A stretch of DNA of 64,000 nucleotides. It comes from an uncultured Gemmatimonadaceae bacterium. Its GTDB lineage: Bacteria; Gemmatimonadota; Gemmatimonadetes; Gemmatimonadales; Gemmatimonadaceae. Below the pieces are notes generated by a model, which was given only the letters and a program-made list of their open reading frames with translations, was not told the origin of the DNA and ran no database searches. The stretch is taken from NCBI GenBank assembly GCA_963781585.1, contig CAWAGQ010000004.1:160001-224000 (forward strand), given 5' to 3'. This document shows, in pieces, positions 38,967-49,034 of this stretch; position 1 is the stretch's first letter; every line of letters starts with the position of its first letter. Both the position numbers and the translations under genes were made by a program.

Positions 38967-39057
38967 CGGAGACGGAGGGATTCGAACCCTCGATACAGGT
39001 GTAAGCCCGTATAACGGTTTAGCAAACCGCCGCCTTCAGCCTCTCGGCCACGTCTCC
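38967..39057 (-). tRNA. tRNA-Ser(GCT)
   Basis: Minus strand GGAGACG...CGTCTCC-G, anticodon loop TT-GCT-AA, long variable arm, GGTTCGAATCC. Confidence 0.95.
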
Positions 39058-39479
39058 TCGGAAGCACCCGGCACGGCCGCCGGGACGGGCCCTCGACGGG
39101 GCACGCGCCGCCGGGGTTGCGCATCATATCGGCGCCACGCGCCTCGGTCAACGGATGCAGCCCGCCCGTCCCGTTGGGTCTCACGTACTCGACCTATGCA
39201 ACGGGTCTGTGGCGGTGACACCGCCCGGACGACTGATCCGCGTACGCCGCGCTTCCCTGCTATCATTCGGACTGACGGCGGGTTGTCACGCCGGCGACAG
39301 GTCGCCGGTGACAGACTCGGGACAGGCAGCATCGCCGGGCAAGGCTCCAGCCGGGTCGCGCAGCAGCGCGCGGCCGCCCTCGCTGATGACGCGATCTGTC
39401 CGGAACCCGGGATTCCGCCACTGCGTGTTTCGCGCCGGCACTCGTCGGCACTCTCCCATTCCTCCAGGACCGTGCCAAC

Positions 39480-40787
39480 ATGATTGCGTGCAGAGGCATC
39501 TTTGTGTGGTCGACCCTCCTGTTGCTCGCGGCGGGCGCGGGCGCGCAGGTCGCGCCAGTGCCCCGTGCGGACTCCGCCTCGGAGGTACTGCCGCGCGTCT
39601 TTCTCGATTGTCAGGCGGATGGGTGTGACACGGATTTCCTGCGCACCGAGCTCACCTGGATGAACTTCGTGCGCGATCGGAACGTCGCGCTGGTGCACAT
39701 TCTCGCCACCGACCGATCGACCGCCTCCGGGGGACGCGAGATCACCATCGCGTTCATCGGGCAGGACTCGCTGAGCGCGGTGGTGGACACGATCGTGCAA
39801 TTCGCGCCGTTGGGGGCCACGGACGACGAGCAGCGGCGGTTGGTCGCGCGGACCATCGCCCAGGGCATGCTGCGGTTCGTACGGGCGTCGCCGCTGGCGA
39901 CGCAGCTGAGCGTCGTGTACCGTCCCCGCCCCGGTGGGCTGATCGTAACGGATACGCGTGGCGCCCGCGACCGGTGGCATCTCTGGGTCTTCCGCATCGG
40001 CGCCAGCGGGTTCCTGAACGGTGATGAGAACTACAAGTCCTCGTCCTTGTCGGGCTCGGTGCGGGCCACCCGGACGACCGAGCGCTGGAAGGCGAGTCTG
40101 TCGGTCAGCGGCGACTACCGGGAGAACAGCTACGCGCTCTCGGACAGCGAGACGCTGGTGACGTATCGTCACGGCTACAACGTCGACGGTCTGGTGGCCA
40201 GGAGTTTGAGCACCCACTGGTCGTTAGGCGTGCAGGCGAACGCGGCCTCGTCAGTAGTCTCCAATCTCGACCTCGGGCTGCGAGTGGGGCCGGCGCTGGA
40301 ATACGACGTTTTCCCGTACTCGGAGTCGACCAGGCGGCAGGTCATCGTGCGGTACGGCGTGGGCGTAAAGGCGCTCAACTACTCGGACGTGACGATCTAC
40401 GACAGGACCAGCGAGACGCTGGTCGATCATCGTCTGGTGGTGGCGGCCGAGATGACCCAGCCCTGGGGCGAGCTCGGCGCCGACGTGTCGGTGAACCAGT
40501 ACCTGCACGACATGACCAAGCGGAGCTTCAACGTTGGCGTGGGGGTGAGCTGGCGCGTGCTCACCGGTCTCAACCTCAATCTCGACGCCGGCTATTCGCA
40601 GATCCGCGATCAGATCAACCTCAAGCGCGCCGAGCTGACGGACGAGGATGTGCTGCTGCAGCTGCGTCAGTTGCGGACCGGGTATTCGTACTACGGGAGC
40701 GTGGGGCTCAGCTACACGTTCGGGTCGATTTTCCAGAACGTGGTGAATCCGCGGATGTCGCGGAACAACGGCAACTTCTTCTTCTAG
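39480..40787 (+). CDS. Hypothetical outer-membrane beta-barrel protein with periplasmic N-domain
   Basis: Signal peptide, VFLDC....CD motif, alternating amphipathic strands, C-terminal GLSYTFGSIFQNVVNPR. Confidence 0.75.
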   Translation: MIACRGIFVWSTLLLLAAGAGAQVAPVPRADSASEVLPRVFLDCQADGCDTDFLRTELTWMNFVRDRNVALVHILATDRSTASGGREITIAFIGQDSLSAVVDTIVQFAPLGATDDEQRRLVARTIAQGMLRFVRASPLATQLSVVYRPRPGGLIVTDTRGARDRWHLWVFRIGASGFLNGDENYKSSSLSGSVRATRTTERWKASLSVSGDYRENSYALSDSETLVTYRHGYNVDGLVARSLSTHWSLGVQANAASSVVSNLDLGLRVGPALEYDVFPYSESTRRQVIVRYGVGVKALNYSDVTIYDRTSETLVDHRLVVAAEMTQPWGELGADVSVNQYLHDMTKRSFNVGVGVSWRVLTGLNLNLDAGYSQIRDQINLKRAELTDEDVLLQLRQLRTGYSYYGSVGLSYTFGSIFQNVVNPRMSRNNGNFFF

Positions 40788-41260
40788 TGCGCCGGATTCG
40801 GCGCCGGAACCTCCACGCGCCGGGAGAGGGATGTGCGCCACGAGGGATGTTGCACCGCGTCGAAAGTGGTGCAGGGAGGGTTTCCTGTGGTGGGGCTCGG
40901 CGAGCCTTGTCGGGAGCTGCGCGACGGCACCCAGGGTCGTCGGGCGGCTCCCGGCGGCGCGCTGTTAGCACCCGGCCAGCCGCTTTTCGGCTGGCGCGTC
41001 GTGGCGGCGTCCGCGAACACCCCGATTGTTGACGCTGCAATGCGGGTACAGCCGTGCCGCGGTACTGTCCCGGAGCTTGCGAAGCAGTGGCCGATCGTCA
41101 GTTCTTCAGTTCCATCAACCTCCACATCGACGAGGTTAAATTCGGTCCCGCCGGCCCACTCGTATGTCGCACAATCTGTCAGTAGTTAGGGCGAATTCTG
41201 ATTGGTCCCCTTGGCAGTGTAATCCTGGTAATGCAGTTGAGCCTGGAGGTGCGGTTTCTG

Positions 41261-41818
41261 ATGCGAGTGCTCGATTTGGGATGCGGACAGGGGCGGGATC
41301 TGGGTTCCTGGGGTGTCAACGCTTCCGATGAGATCGTTGGACTTGACATCCACGGCAGCAGTCTGGAAATCGCCAGGGAGCGATTCCCGAGCCGAACCTA
41401 CCTGCTAGGCGCCGGGGAACACTTGCCATTCCAGGAAGAGAGTTTTGAGCGAGTGATCTCAGCTGTTGCGCTCCCGTATATGAACATCCAAAGGTCACTT
41501 TCGGAAATTCGCCGCACCCTCGTTCCTGGTGGGACTTTGTCGCTCAGTCTGCATCTTCCGAGTTTCACAATGGCGGAACTACTCCACAATGCGCTGCCGA
41601 ATCCAATCCCCACGCTCTTTCGGCTCTACGTCATGGCCAATGGCCTGTTTTTCCATTGCACTGGCAGAACCGTCGCATTCCTCCACGGGCGGACAGAATC
41701 ATTCCAGACCGAGCGAGGGATGAGAATCGCGCTGGAGCGTGCCGGATATACCAATTCTTCGTTGCGTCGAGTAGGCGGGCCCGCCGGCGAATCGCTGTTT
41801 GTGGAAGCCACGAAATAG
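41261..41818 (+). CDS. Class I SAM-dependent methyltransferase (low GC, probably horizontally acquired)
   Basis: VLDLGCGQG, GLDI, GEHLPF..ESFE.V, EIRRTLVPGG. Bases 41461-41520 are 31/60 GC. Confidence 0.85.
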   Translation: MRVLDLGCGQGRDLGSWGVNASDEIVGLDIHGSSLEIARERFPSRTYLLGAGEHLPFQEESFERVISAVALPYMNIQRSLSEIRRTLVPGGTLSLSLHLPSFTMAELLHNALPNPIPTLFRLYVMANGLFFHCTGRTVAFLHGRTESFQTERGMRIALERAGYTNSSLRRVGGPAGESLFVEATK

Positions 41819-41919
41819 AATTTGGCCATGATACCGGAGCCAACACGTCCGGGCATGTACACACCCGATCCGCCAACCCGCGAGCCGCTCGCCTAACGCG
41901 GCAGCGGCCCTAGTTCCAA

Positions 41920-42005
41920 CGGAGGGCACAGGATTCGAACCTGTAAGGGTGTCTCCACCCGGCGGTTTTCAAGACCGCTGCCTTACCAGTTAGGTCTAGC
42001 CCTCC
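41920..42005 (-). tRNA. tRNA-Ser(TGA)
   Basis: Minus strand GGAGGGC...GCCCTCC-G, anticodon arm GCGGT-CT-TGA-AA-ACCGC, long variable arm, GGTTCGAATCC. Confidence 0.93.
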
Positions 42006-42035
42006 CGAATCCGTAGTATCGCGATCCTGCGGCGC

Positions 42036-42084
42036 CAGACGCAACGCGGCCCCGGGAAGGGCTCCCGGGGCCGCGTTGCGTCTG
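42036..42084. terminator. Perfect 22-bp inverted repeat with 5-nt loop; terminator-like hairpin after the PEP-CTERM gene
   Basis: CAGACGCAACGCGGCCCCGGGA-agggc-TCCCGGGGCCGCGTTGCGTCTG; no U-tract. Confidence 0.6.
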
Positions 42085-42103
42085 ACGCTCCAGCGGTATC
42101 GAC

Positions 42104-42775
42104 CTAGCGCCGTTTGCGCCGGCGCGCCACCGCGCCACTCAGCATCCCGACCAGGCCCGTGCCCATCAGCGCCAGCGACGCCGGCTCGGGGGCCACCGTC
42201 GGTCCGGGTCCTGGATCAACTGTCGGACTGGCGCACGAGGAATCGTACGGCCCGTTGTTCGCCACGCCGTTCGTTACAACCAGCTTGGTGGAGCAATCGT
42301 TGGGACCCGCCTGCCCGTGGATGGCCCAATTCGCGGTATTGAGACTGGCGAACGTGGGTCCCGAGATGCGGAACGTGAACTGCGTCGTCTGGCCAGGCTG
42401 CAATCCGTTCTTCACGGGAGAGGGATTGGGATGCACTCCCCCCGCGTTCTTGGTGATGCCGGCGCCCGACAGGCCGTTCGTCCCGAGCGACCACGACCCC
42501 GGTCCCACCACCGAGAGCGATCCGTTGACGTAGCTGAAGTTCGCCACGCCGAACAGACCCATGGCGGTGAAGATGGTGCCGCCATAGGTGCCGTTGAAAC
42601 CGGCGTTGTTGGTCACCATCATCACGATCTCCGTGATGCTGGACGTGATCGACGTCTTCGTAATCGAGACCGAAGCACAAGTCGAGAATGTATTCCCGCC
42701 GCACACCTGCGCCTGCGCCACGTTAGGCACCACCGAAACAAGCGCCGCAACCGTTGCTGCTCGAACGAACTTCAT
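42104..42775 (-). CDS. PEP-CTERM sorting-domain surface protein
   Basis: Signal peptide; S/T/N/G-rich body; C-terminal APEPASLALMGTGLVGMLSGAVARRRKRR; SD AAGGAG. Confidence 0.92.
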   Translation of the reverse strand: MKFVRAATVAALVSVVPNVAQAQVCGGNTFSTCASVSITKTSITSSITEIVMMVTNNAGFNGTYGGTIFTAMGLFGVANFSYVNGSLSVVGPGSWSLGTNGLSGAGITKNAGGVHPNPSPVKNGLQPGQTTQFTFRISGPTFASLNTANWAIHGQAGPNDCSTKLVVTNGVANNGPYDSSCASPTVDPGPGPTVAPEPASLALMGTGLVGMLSGAVARRRKRR

Positions 42776-42844
42776 GGTCAGGGGCTCCTTCGCCCGGTTC
42801 TTCGCCCGCACATTTGGCCATCTGAACAGCTTGCTTCGCACATT

Positions 42845-42872
42845 AAATTAACAACATCTAACATTCGCGCAA
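42845..42872 (-). promoter_or_regulatory. Candidate sigma70-type promoter for the PEP-CTERM gene
   Basis: AT-rich patch reading TTGCGC-N16-TAATTT on the minus strand. Confidence 0.35.
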
Positions 42873-42912
42873 TGCTCTGTCGCGCAGCAGGATACGACCT
42901 TTCGGACCCGCA

Positions 42913-43404
42913 TCATGGACCGCGAAGTCGCCCGATCGAGAACACCGCAGACCAGATGTGGAACAACCCGTACGCCACCAGCGCGGCTACCGCCTTGATG
43001 ATCCCCGACTGCAATCCGCTTCGCGCCACCGGCTCCTGCACCGAACGCAGCGCCAGCGGCACGTCCAGCACGTAGAACACTGCACATCCTGCCAGAAACA
43101 GCGTTACCGCGATCGACCACACCGTCGCACCAAGTAACTGCGCCCTTCGGTCCCGTGCCGCAGCCTGCGCCAGCACGAGCGCGAATCCCATCGCCGGGAC
43201 CGGCATGTTGTTGAGCGTGGCGCTGATCGTTCCGAATTCCCACTCCGGAGATCCGACGTGCAGCGGAAGCCAGGCGAGCAGCAGATCCACCACTCCCACC
43301 ACGAACAGTGCGAGTCCGACCGACCCCACCACGCTCCACGCGGCACTGGTCTCGGTGTCTCCCGGCGGTGCTGAATCGGGGAACCCGGTCTTAGGCGCCG
43401 TCAT
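42913..43404 (-). CDS. Hypothetical four-TM membrane protein
   Basis: Four hydrophobic segments, GSPEWEFG motif. Confidence 0.75.
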   Translation of the reverse strand: MTAPKTGFPDSAPPGDTETSAAWSVVGSVGLALFVVGVVDLLLAWLPLHVGSPEWEFGTISATLNNMPVPAMGFALVLAQAAARDRRAQLLGATVWSIAVTLFLAGCAVFYVLDVPLALRSVQEPVARSGLQSGIIKAVAALVAYGLFHIWSAVFSIGRLRGP

Positions 43405-43603
43405 GTTGTCTCAGCTGTGAATGGACGCGCACTCTTCGCCTCAGAAGTGAGGCAAGTCACAGGCCGATGGCATGGCATCCGAGAGCACGGTGCCACACCA
43501 GATAACCGCGCCGACACCAATCACTTGAGGTCCTGTCGGAGCCGATTCATCTCGCCACCAGCGCGTCGCTGTAGCACGTGCGCAGCGCACGAATACTGCA
43601 GTG

Positions 43604-45898
43604 TCACTTCCTTGGCACCGGACTCTTCGGAACCGCGGGGACCAGCTGTTTGGCGGCGGTGTCGGTGTTCACCGCAGGCGGAAGGTTCGGCTGCGCCGAG
43701 AAGTCAAAGAATTCTTCGATGTGTGTCGCCCGGGCCACCTGCTCAACCTGATTGAGGACGCGGGTCGCCGTCGTGTCATCGTGTGCGGACCGCAGCACGT
43801 CATAGAGCATCATCCCGGTCTGCACGTAGAGCGCCGGGATTCCGATGGACGCCTTGTCGGGCCATCCATTCTTCCGGATCATCGCCTCGGGTCCCAGGAA
43901 GTCCTTCGTCCAGAGATCTCGGGTCCGCGCCACGTCGACGAATCCTTCGCCCGGCACGAGTACCGTATCCCGCCCGGGATTGGGGACACTGTCGATCAGC
44001 TTGCGCGCCAGCCCCTGGGTAAGCAGCCACGGTCCGAAGCCGAACTCCTCGCCATACCGGCCCGAGGTGCGACTGAAGTACACGGGACGGTTCGGGTTGT
44101 CCTTGATCATGCGCAGGACCGCGATGTCCGCCTTGGTGATGACCCGGGGGGGAATAGTGGTCCTGATGTTGCCGGCCTCGAAGACGGCGGAATCGGACAA
44201 CTGCTGGGCCAGCGGGATGGCGTCCGCTTCATCGAGGGACATCCTGAGCGGTGGCGCGTCCGGCTTTGGCCACGACCTGCCGCGAAACAGGGCCGGACCC
44301 CGGGCGGCGTCGTATGCGCGCACCGGTGCGCGAATGAGCTGCCGCACGTACCAGTCGGTGTTCAGGAGCGAGGTGTTGGCGATCACGACATCGCGGCGGA
44401 TGCCCTCCACCTCCTGGGCGTACCAGAGTGGGAAGGTGTCGTTATCGCCCACCGTGACGAGAATGCCGTACGGCTCCACCGAGTCGAGGAGATCGTGGGC
44501 GAAGTCGCGTGTGCTCGTGTCGCCGTGTCGCGTCGCGGCCGACCAGTTGCCGATCAGAGGAGCTATGGCCAACGCCAGCACAGGCGCGGACAGCGCCCAG
44601 CTCCTGCGGCGCGGGAGCTCGAGCACCTGCTTGCCGAGTCTGACCATCTCGGTGCCGATCAGCGCAGCCACCGATTCCCACACGAAGATCAGCCCCAGTG
44701 CCGCCCAGACGCTCCAGGCCGAGAAGCTCCAGAGGTAGAAGTAGTCGCGATCGCGCACCTCGCGATCGACAGAATCAGCGAGGCCCGGCGACTGTGAGTA
44801 TCCGTATTTGAAATTCAGGTAGTAGATGAGCAGCAGTGTCAGCGTCAGCATCAGCGGCCCGAAGAACCAGAAGCTCTGGCGGTCGCGTTTCCAGTGCACC
44901 CACGCGCCGAACATGCCCAGCACGAGGAAGAGCGCTGCCAGGACGGCCTGCAGCGCCGCGTGCCGGCTGTACGGGTCGCGCAGCCACTGCCAGCGGAAGT
45001 AGGTCCACCACATTCCCACCTGTGCGGGGAATGGGGCCTGCCGTTCGGTAAGCGACGGCTTGCCGTACTGCTCTCGATTGAAGTTGTACTTGAACGCCTC
45101 CCAGGTCTTGGCGCTGAACGTGCAGCTCCAGTTGAATTCCGTGCGGCATCCGGTGGGCTCCCCCTCGTTTATGGCGGGGAAGTAGGCCGCCCGAATGGGC
45201 TGGGTCGCGAACGGCGTGAGTCCAAAGACGAGTGCACCAACGCAGGCGAGCAGCAGTCGCCAGCGCACCAGTGTCTGCGGCCGGCGCACCAGCACGGCCA
45301 CGGCCACGGCCGGGCCGGGAATGAAGCCCGCCATGTGATTGGCGTAGCCCAGGCCTAACAGGTAGGCGATGAGCACCAGCAATCGGTCGGCCTTGGGGCC
45401 GGCGGGGTCGTCGCACCAGCGCACCGTCAGCCAGGCGATGATAGCCACGCCGGCCAGCGCGACCGTGTAGACCTTCTCGTTCACCACCGACTGACTCCAC
45501 ACCGTGAATGCGGTGGCGCCGATCAGGGCTGCCAGCGCGCCCCCGGTGATGCGCTGCCACCGCTCGGCCAGCCAGGAGACCAGGACTCGCTCGGTGATGA
45601 GAAACCACATCCCGGCCGAGGTCGCGCTGCAGAGGGCCGCGAGGACGTTGACCCGCAGGGCCGCGTTGCCACCGATCGGCAAAATGGTGAACACGCGGCC
45701 GAGCAGCACGAAAAGCGGATTGCCGGGCGGATGAGGGAGGCCGACGAGATACGCCGCCGAGATGTACTCGCTCGTGTCCCACATGGCCGTCGACGGGCCG
45801 AGGGTAAGCAGGTACAGGAGAAACACGAGCCCGGCGGCAATCGCCGCGGCGCCGTAGGACGGGCGATAGTCGAGATCCGACGGGGCGCGCGTGCTCAT
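43604..45898 (-). CDS. DUF2723 / TMEM260-like GT-C glycosyltransferase (putative protein O-mannosyltransferase)
   Basis: WDTSEY...GLPHPPGNPLF, EKVY, REVRDRDYFY, GDNDTFPLWY.QEVEG.R.DV, LLNTDWY. Confidence 0.88.
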   Translation of the reverse strand: MSTRAPSDLDYRPSYGAAAIAAGLVFLLYLLTLGPSTAMWDTSEYISAAYLVGLPHPPGNPLFVLLGRVFTILPIGGNAALRVNVLAALCSATSAGMWFLITERVLVSWLAERWQRITGGALAALIGATAFTVWSQSVVNEKVYTVALAGVAIIAWLTVRWCDDPAGPKADRLLVLIAYLLGLGYANHMAGFIPGPAVAVAVLVRRPQTLVRWRLLLACVGALVFGLTPFATQPIRAAYFPAINEGEPTGCRTEFNWSCTFSAKTWEAFKYNFNREQYGKPSLTERQAPFPAQVGMWWTYFRWQWLRDPYSRHAALQAVLAALFLVLGMFGAWVHWKRDRQSFWFFGPLMLTLTLLLIYYLNFKYGYSQSPGLADSVDREVRDRDYFYLWSFSAWSVWAALGLIFVWESVAALIGTEMVRLGKQVLELPRRRSWALSAPVLALAIAPLIGNWSAATRHGDTSTRDFAHDLLDSVEPYGILVTVGDNDTFPLWYAQEVEGIRRDVVIANTSLLNTDWYVRQLIRAPVRAYDAARGPALFRGRSWPKPDAPPLRMSLDEADAIPLAQQLSDSAVFEAGNIRTTIPPRVITKADIAVLRMIKDNPNRPVYFSRTSGRYGEEFGFGPWLLTQGLARKLIDSVPNPGRDTVLVPGEGFVDVARTRDLWTKDFLGPEAMIRKNGWPDKASIGIPALYVQTGMMLYDVLRSAHDDTTATRVLNQVEQVARATHIEEFFDFSAQPNLPPAVNTDTAAKQLVPAVPKSPVPRK

Positions 45899-46092
45899 GC
45901 GCGGCACCGGCGCGCGTGGCGCGCCGGTCGTTGCCTGAAACTGATGGGGTGGCCGCTCACCGGATCACTCATATCGCTCTGACGTTCCAATCAAAGGCCT
46001 CGCTTCCGCGAGGCCACGCACAAAGATGCCCGTCGTCGAAGGTCGATGGTAGTGAGCGCGGATGGCTTGGCCCTGGGCTTCTGGCTCTTGGC

Positions 46093-47625
46093 CTAGTGTC
46101 TGAACAACCGCTGCCCCGTGAAGACCATGGCCAGTCCCTTCTCGTCCGCCGCGGCGATGACTTCCTGATCGCGTACGGATCCGCCGGGTTGAACGATGGC
46201 CTTTACCCCGGCGTCTACGGCCTGGTCCACTCCGTCGCGAAACGGGAAATAGGCGTCCGATCCGAGCACGGCGCCGTCGATGACGTGGCCCGCGAGGCGC
46301 GCCTTGTGCACCGCGATGAACGCGGCATCGACGCGGGACATCTGGCCGGCGCCGATGCCGATCGTGGCACCTTCTCTGGCGAGGACGATCGCGTTGGACT
46401 TGACACTGGCGACCGCACGCCAGGCAAAAGAGAGGTTCGCCTGCTCCTCCGCGGTGGGGCCTCGTCTCGTGACGACCTGCCACGCGCTGTGGTCGGCCAA
46501 TTCCGGCATGCGCTCCTGCACCAGGAATCCGCCGCGGACACGCTTCACGTCGAGGGCGCCATTGCTCCAGCGGGCCGTTCCTTCCAGCACGCGCAGGTTC
46601 TTTTTCCGTCCGAGGATGTCGAGCGCCTCGGCCGAGAAAGCCGGCGCGACCAGGCACTCCACGAAGAGCGACGAGATTGCTTCGGCCGCGGCTGCGTCGA
46701 CCGGCGCGGTAAAGGCGATGACCGACCCGAATGCCGAGACGGGATCGCAGGCCAGGGCCTTCTGATACGAGTCGAGGGCGGACGTCCCGATCGCGATGCC
46801 GCACGGCGTGGTGTGCTTGATGATGGCGCAACACACCTCACCGGCGAACGGGTCCGTGGCGTGCAGCGCCCCCTCGAGATCGAGCAGATTGTTGAACGAA
46901 AGCTCCTTGCCGCCGCGCTGAACGAGCGCGCCGAGTCCGGCTTCGCGATCCTCGAGGTACAGGGCGGCGCGCTGCCCGGGGTTCTCGCCGTAGCGCAGCG
47001 TCTGTCGGCGCGTTGCCGAGATCGTCACGCATTCGGGGAACTGCTCGCCCCGGGTCGCGGCGAACCAGGCGGCGATGGCGGCGTCGTAGGCTGCCGTGTG
47101 CGCGAACACCTTGCCTGCGAGAAGCCGCCGCAGGTCGAGATCGTCGTCTCCGGCGCCGAGGGCCGACAGTACGCGCTCGTAGTCTTCAGGATCGACCAGC
47201 GCGTAGACGCTTGCAAAATTCTTGGCCGCCGAGCGCAGCATCGAGGGACCGCCGATGTCGATCTGTTCTATAACCGCCTCGGGAGCAACCTGCGGCTTCG
47301 CCGCAGTTTCCCGGAATGGATAGAGGTTCACGGCGACGAGGTCGATCGGGGCAATCCCATGCCCGGCCAGCGCCTGCATGTGCTCCGGGAGGTCGCGGCG
47401 CGCGAGCAGGCCGCCGTGCACGCCGGGGTGGAGGGTCTTCACCCGGCCGTCGAGCATCTCGGGAAAGCCCGTCAGCGCTTCGACGTCCTCTACGTCGAGA
47501 CCGGCCGCCCGCAACGTGCGCGCCGTGCCGCCGGTGGAGACGAGCTCCCAACCTAACGAGACGAGGGCGGCGGCGAATTCGGTGAGGTGCGACTTGTCGT
47601 AGACGGAAAGAAGGGCGCGGGGCAT
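46093..47625 (-). CDS. purH: Bifunctional AICAR transformylase / IMP cyclohydrolase
   Basis: RALLSVYDK, STGGT, GRVKTLHP, IDIGGP, LRYGENP, VKSNAI, GQMSRVD, QPGGSVRD. Confidence 0.98.
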   Translation of the reverse strand: MPRALLSVYDKSHLTEFAAALVSLGWELVSTGGTARTLRAAGLDVEDVEALTGFPEMLDGRVKTLHPGVHGGLLARRDLPEHMQALAGHGIAPIDLVAVNLYPFRETAAKPQVAPEAVIEQIDIGGPSMLRSAAKNFASVYALVDPEDYERVLSALGAGDDDLDLRRLLAGKVFAHTAAYDAAIAAWFAATRGEQFPECVTISATRRQTLRYGENPGQRAALYLEDREAGLGALVQRGGKELSFNNLLDLEGALHATDPFAGEVCCAIIKHTTPCGIAIGTSALDSYQKALACDPVSAFGSVIAFTAPVDAAAAEAISSLFVECLVAPAFSAEALDILGRKKNLRVLEGTARWSNGALDVKRVRGGFLVQERMPELADHSAWQVVTRRGPTAEEQANLSFAWRAVASVKSNAIVLAREGATIGIGAGQMSRVDAAFIAVHKARLAGHVIDGAVLGSDAYFPFRDGVDQAVDAGVKAIVQPGGSVRDQEVIAAADEKGLAMVFTGQRLFRH

Positions 47626-47707
47626 GGAGTGACAAAGGTCAAGGGCCAACGGCCAGGGGCCAATGGCCGGGGGTCATCGTTCAGGGCCGGAATTCACAGG
47701 CAAGACA

Positions 47708-48424
47708 TTATCCTCTTGCTGCGCGTGGTGGCAGCCCGAGCATCTTCCGCAGCGACGAAACGGCCGTCCGCGTGTCGGACGCCAATGCGAAGACACCGGT
47801 GCGCGCCTCGGCGCCCCAGCCCTCCACGCGTCCGTCGTCGTTCAGCCGGATGCGGCCTGCACACAGGGCCTGAATCACGCGCGGATAGAGCAGGTGCTCC
47901 ACCGCGAGGACCCGGGCGGCCAGGGTTGCGGGCGTGTCGTCGCCGTACACCGGCACCGGCCACTGCGCCACAATGGGACCGTGATCGTATTCCGCGTCCA
48001 CGAAATGCACGGTGGCGCCGGTGAGCCGCGCGCCGCTCGCGAGGACCGCCTTGTGCACGTGCTCTCCAAACATCCCGCGGCCCCCGAATGCTGGCAGCAG
48101 CGCCGGATGAATGTTGAGCATGCGGCCGCGATACGCCGATGTGACGGCGCCCGGCACGCGACGAAGGTACCCGGCCAGTACGACTGCGCCTATATCGTGC
48201 TCGCGGAGTATGGCGGCCAGGCCGTGCGACCGCGCGGTCCCCTCGAGCACCTGCGTCTGCACGCCGTGTAACGCGGCGCGACGCAGCGCGCCGGCATCGG
48301 CGCGGTCGCTGGCGACCAGCGCTACCTCGCCGCTGCAGGCGTCGTCCAGCGCGTCGCGGTGATCGAGGATCGCCTGCAGATTGCTGCCACCGCCCGAGGC
48401 CAGGACCGCGATTCGCGTCGGCAT
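47708..48424 (-). CDS. purN: Phosphoribosylglycinamide formyltransferase
   Basis: IAVLASGGGSNLQAI, LAGY, NIHPALLP.FGG, GATVHFV...YDHGP. Confidence 0.96.
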   Translation of the reverse strand: MPTRIAVLASGGGSNLQAILDHRDALDDACSGEVALVASDRADAGALRRAALHGVQTQVLEGTARSHGLAAILREHDIGAVVLAGYLRRVPGAVTSAYRGRMLNIHPALLPAFGGRGMFGEHVHKAVLASGARLTGATVHFVDAEYDHGPIVAQWPVPVYGDDTPATLAARVLAVEHLLYPRVIQALCAGRIRLNDDGRVEGWGAEARTGVFALASDTRTAVSSLRKMLGLPPRAARG

Positions 48425-48480
48425 GCGGCGGATAGTAGCCGTCACGATGCGCGGACCGATAGAGGGCCGCGAAACCCGGC

Positions 48481-49032
48481 TCAACCGGGCGCGGACTCGA
48501 GGAATCGCCGCACGGCGTCGTCCAGCGATTGCGCGAGGACACCATCGCGACGCGCGTGCTCCAACTCGTCGGGAGGGGTGCGGTGAGAGGGGACCAGCAG
48601 CGCGACGGCGCCGGCGGCAATTCCGGGTAGCACGTCACGAGTCCGATCGCCCGCATAGAGCGACGTCCCGAGATCCAGATCGAGATCGCGGGCAGCGCGC
48701 CGAAAGAGCCCGGCTCCCGGCTTGCGGCAATCGCATGGCCCCGAGAACTGGGGATGGTGCGGGCAGTGATATTGTGCGTCGATTCGTGCGCCGGCCCCGG
48801 TCATCAATACCTCCAGGCGCGCACGGGTCTCCTGGTACTGGCGCTCGGTGATCAATCCCTGCGCAATTCCCGACTGATTCGTCACCACCACTACCGCCAC
48901 CCCTGCGTCGTTGAGCCGACGCACGGCCGCCGCTGCGCCGTCGAGCAGCCGCATCGCCATCGCGTCCGACAGGTAGTCGGCGTCTTCGACGAGGGTCCCG
49001 TCCCGATCGAGGAACGCGGCGCGGCGGGACAC
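48481..49032 (-). CDS. gmhB: D-glycero-D-manno-heptose 1,7-bisphosphate phosphatase (HAD IIIA)
   Basis: FLDRDGT, VTNQSGI, CPHHP...CDCRKP, GDR..D. Confidence 0.85.
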   Translation of the reverse strand: MSRRAAFLDRDGTLVEDADYLSDAMAMRLLDGAAAAVRRLNDAGVAVVVVTNQSGIAQGLITERQYQETRARLEVLMTGAGARIDAQYHCPHHPQFSGPCDCRKPGAGLFRRAARDLDLDLGTSLYAGDRTRDVLPGIAAGAVALLVPSHRTPPDELEHARRDGVLAQSLDDAVRRFLESAPG

Positions 49033-49034
49033 CC

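Noticed and set aside
39058..39479. Riboswitch or small gene between tRNA-Ser(GCT) and the barrel gene
   Set aside because: No recognisable aptamer consensus. It is most simply a divergent promoter region.
40784..41189. ORFs 40784-41125 (-) and 40833-41189 (+)
   Set aside because: No recognisable motifs or good start signals. At most a decayed remnant at the islet edge.
41920..42005. tRNA-Sec
   Set aside because: The anticodon is TGA (Ser), not TCA, and the acceptor stem is a normal 7 bp.
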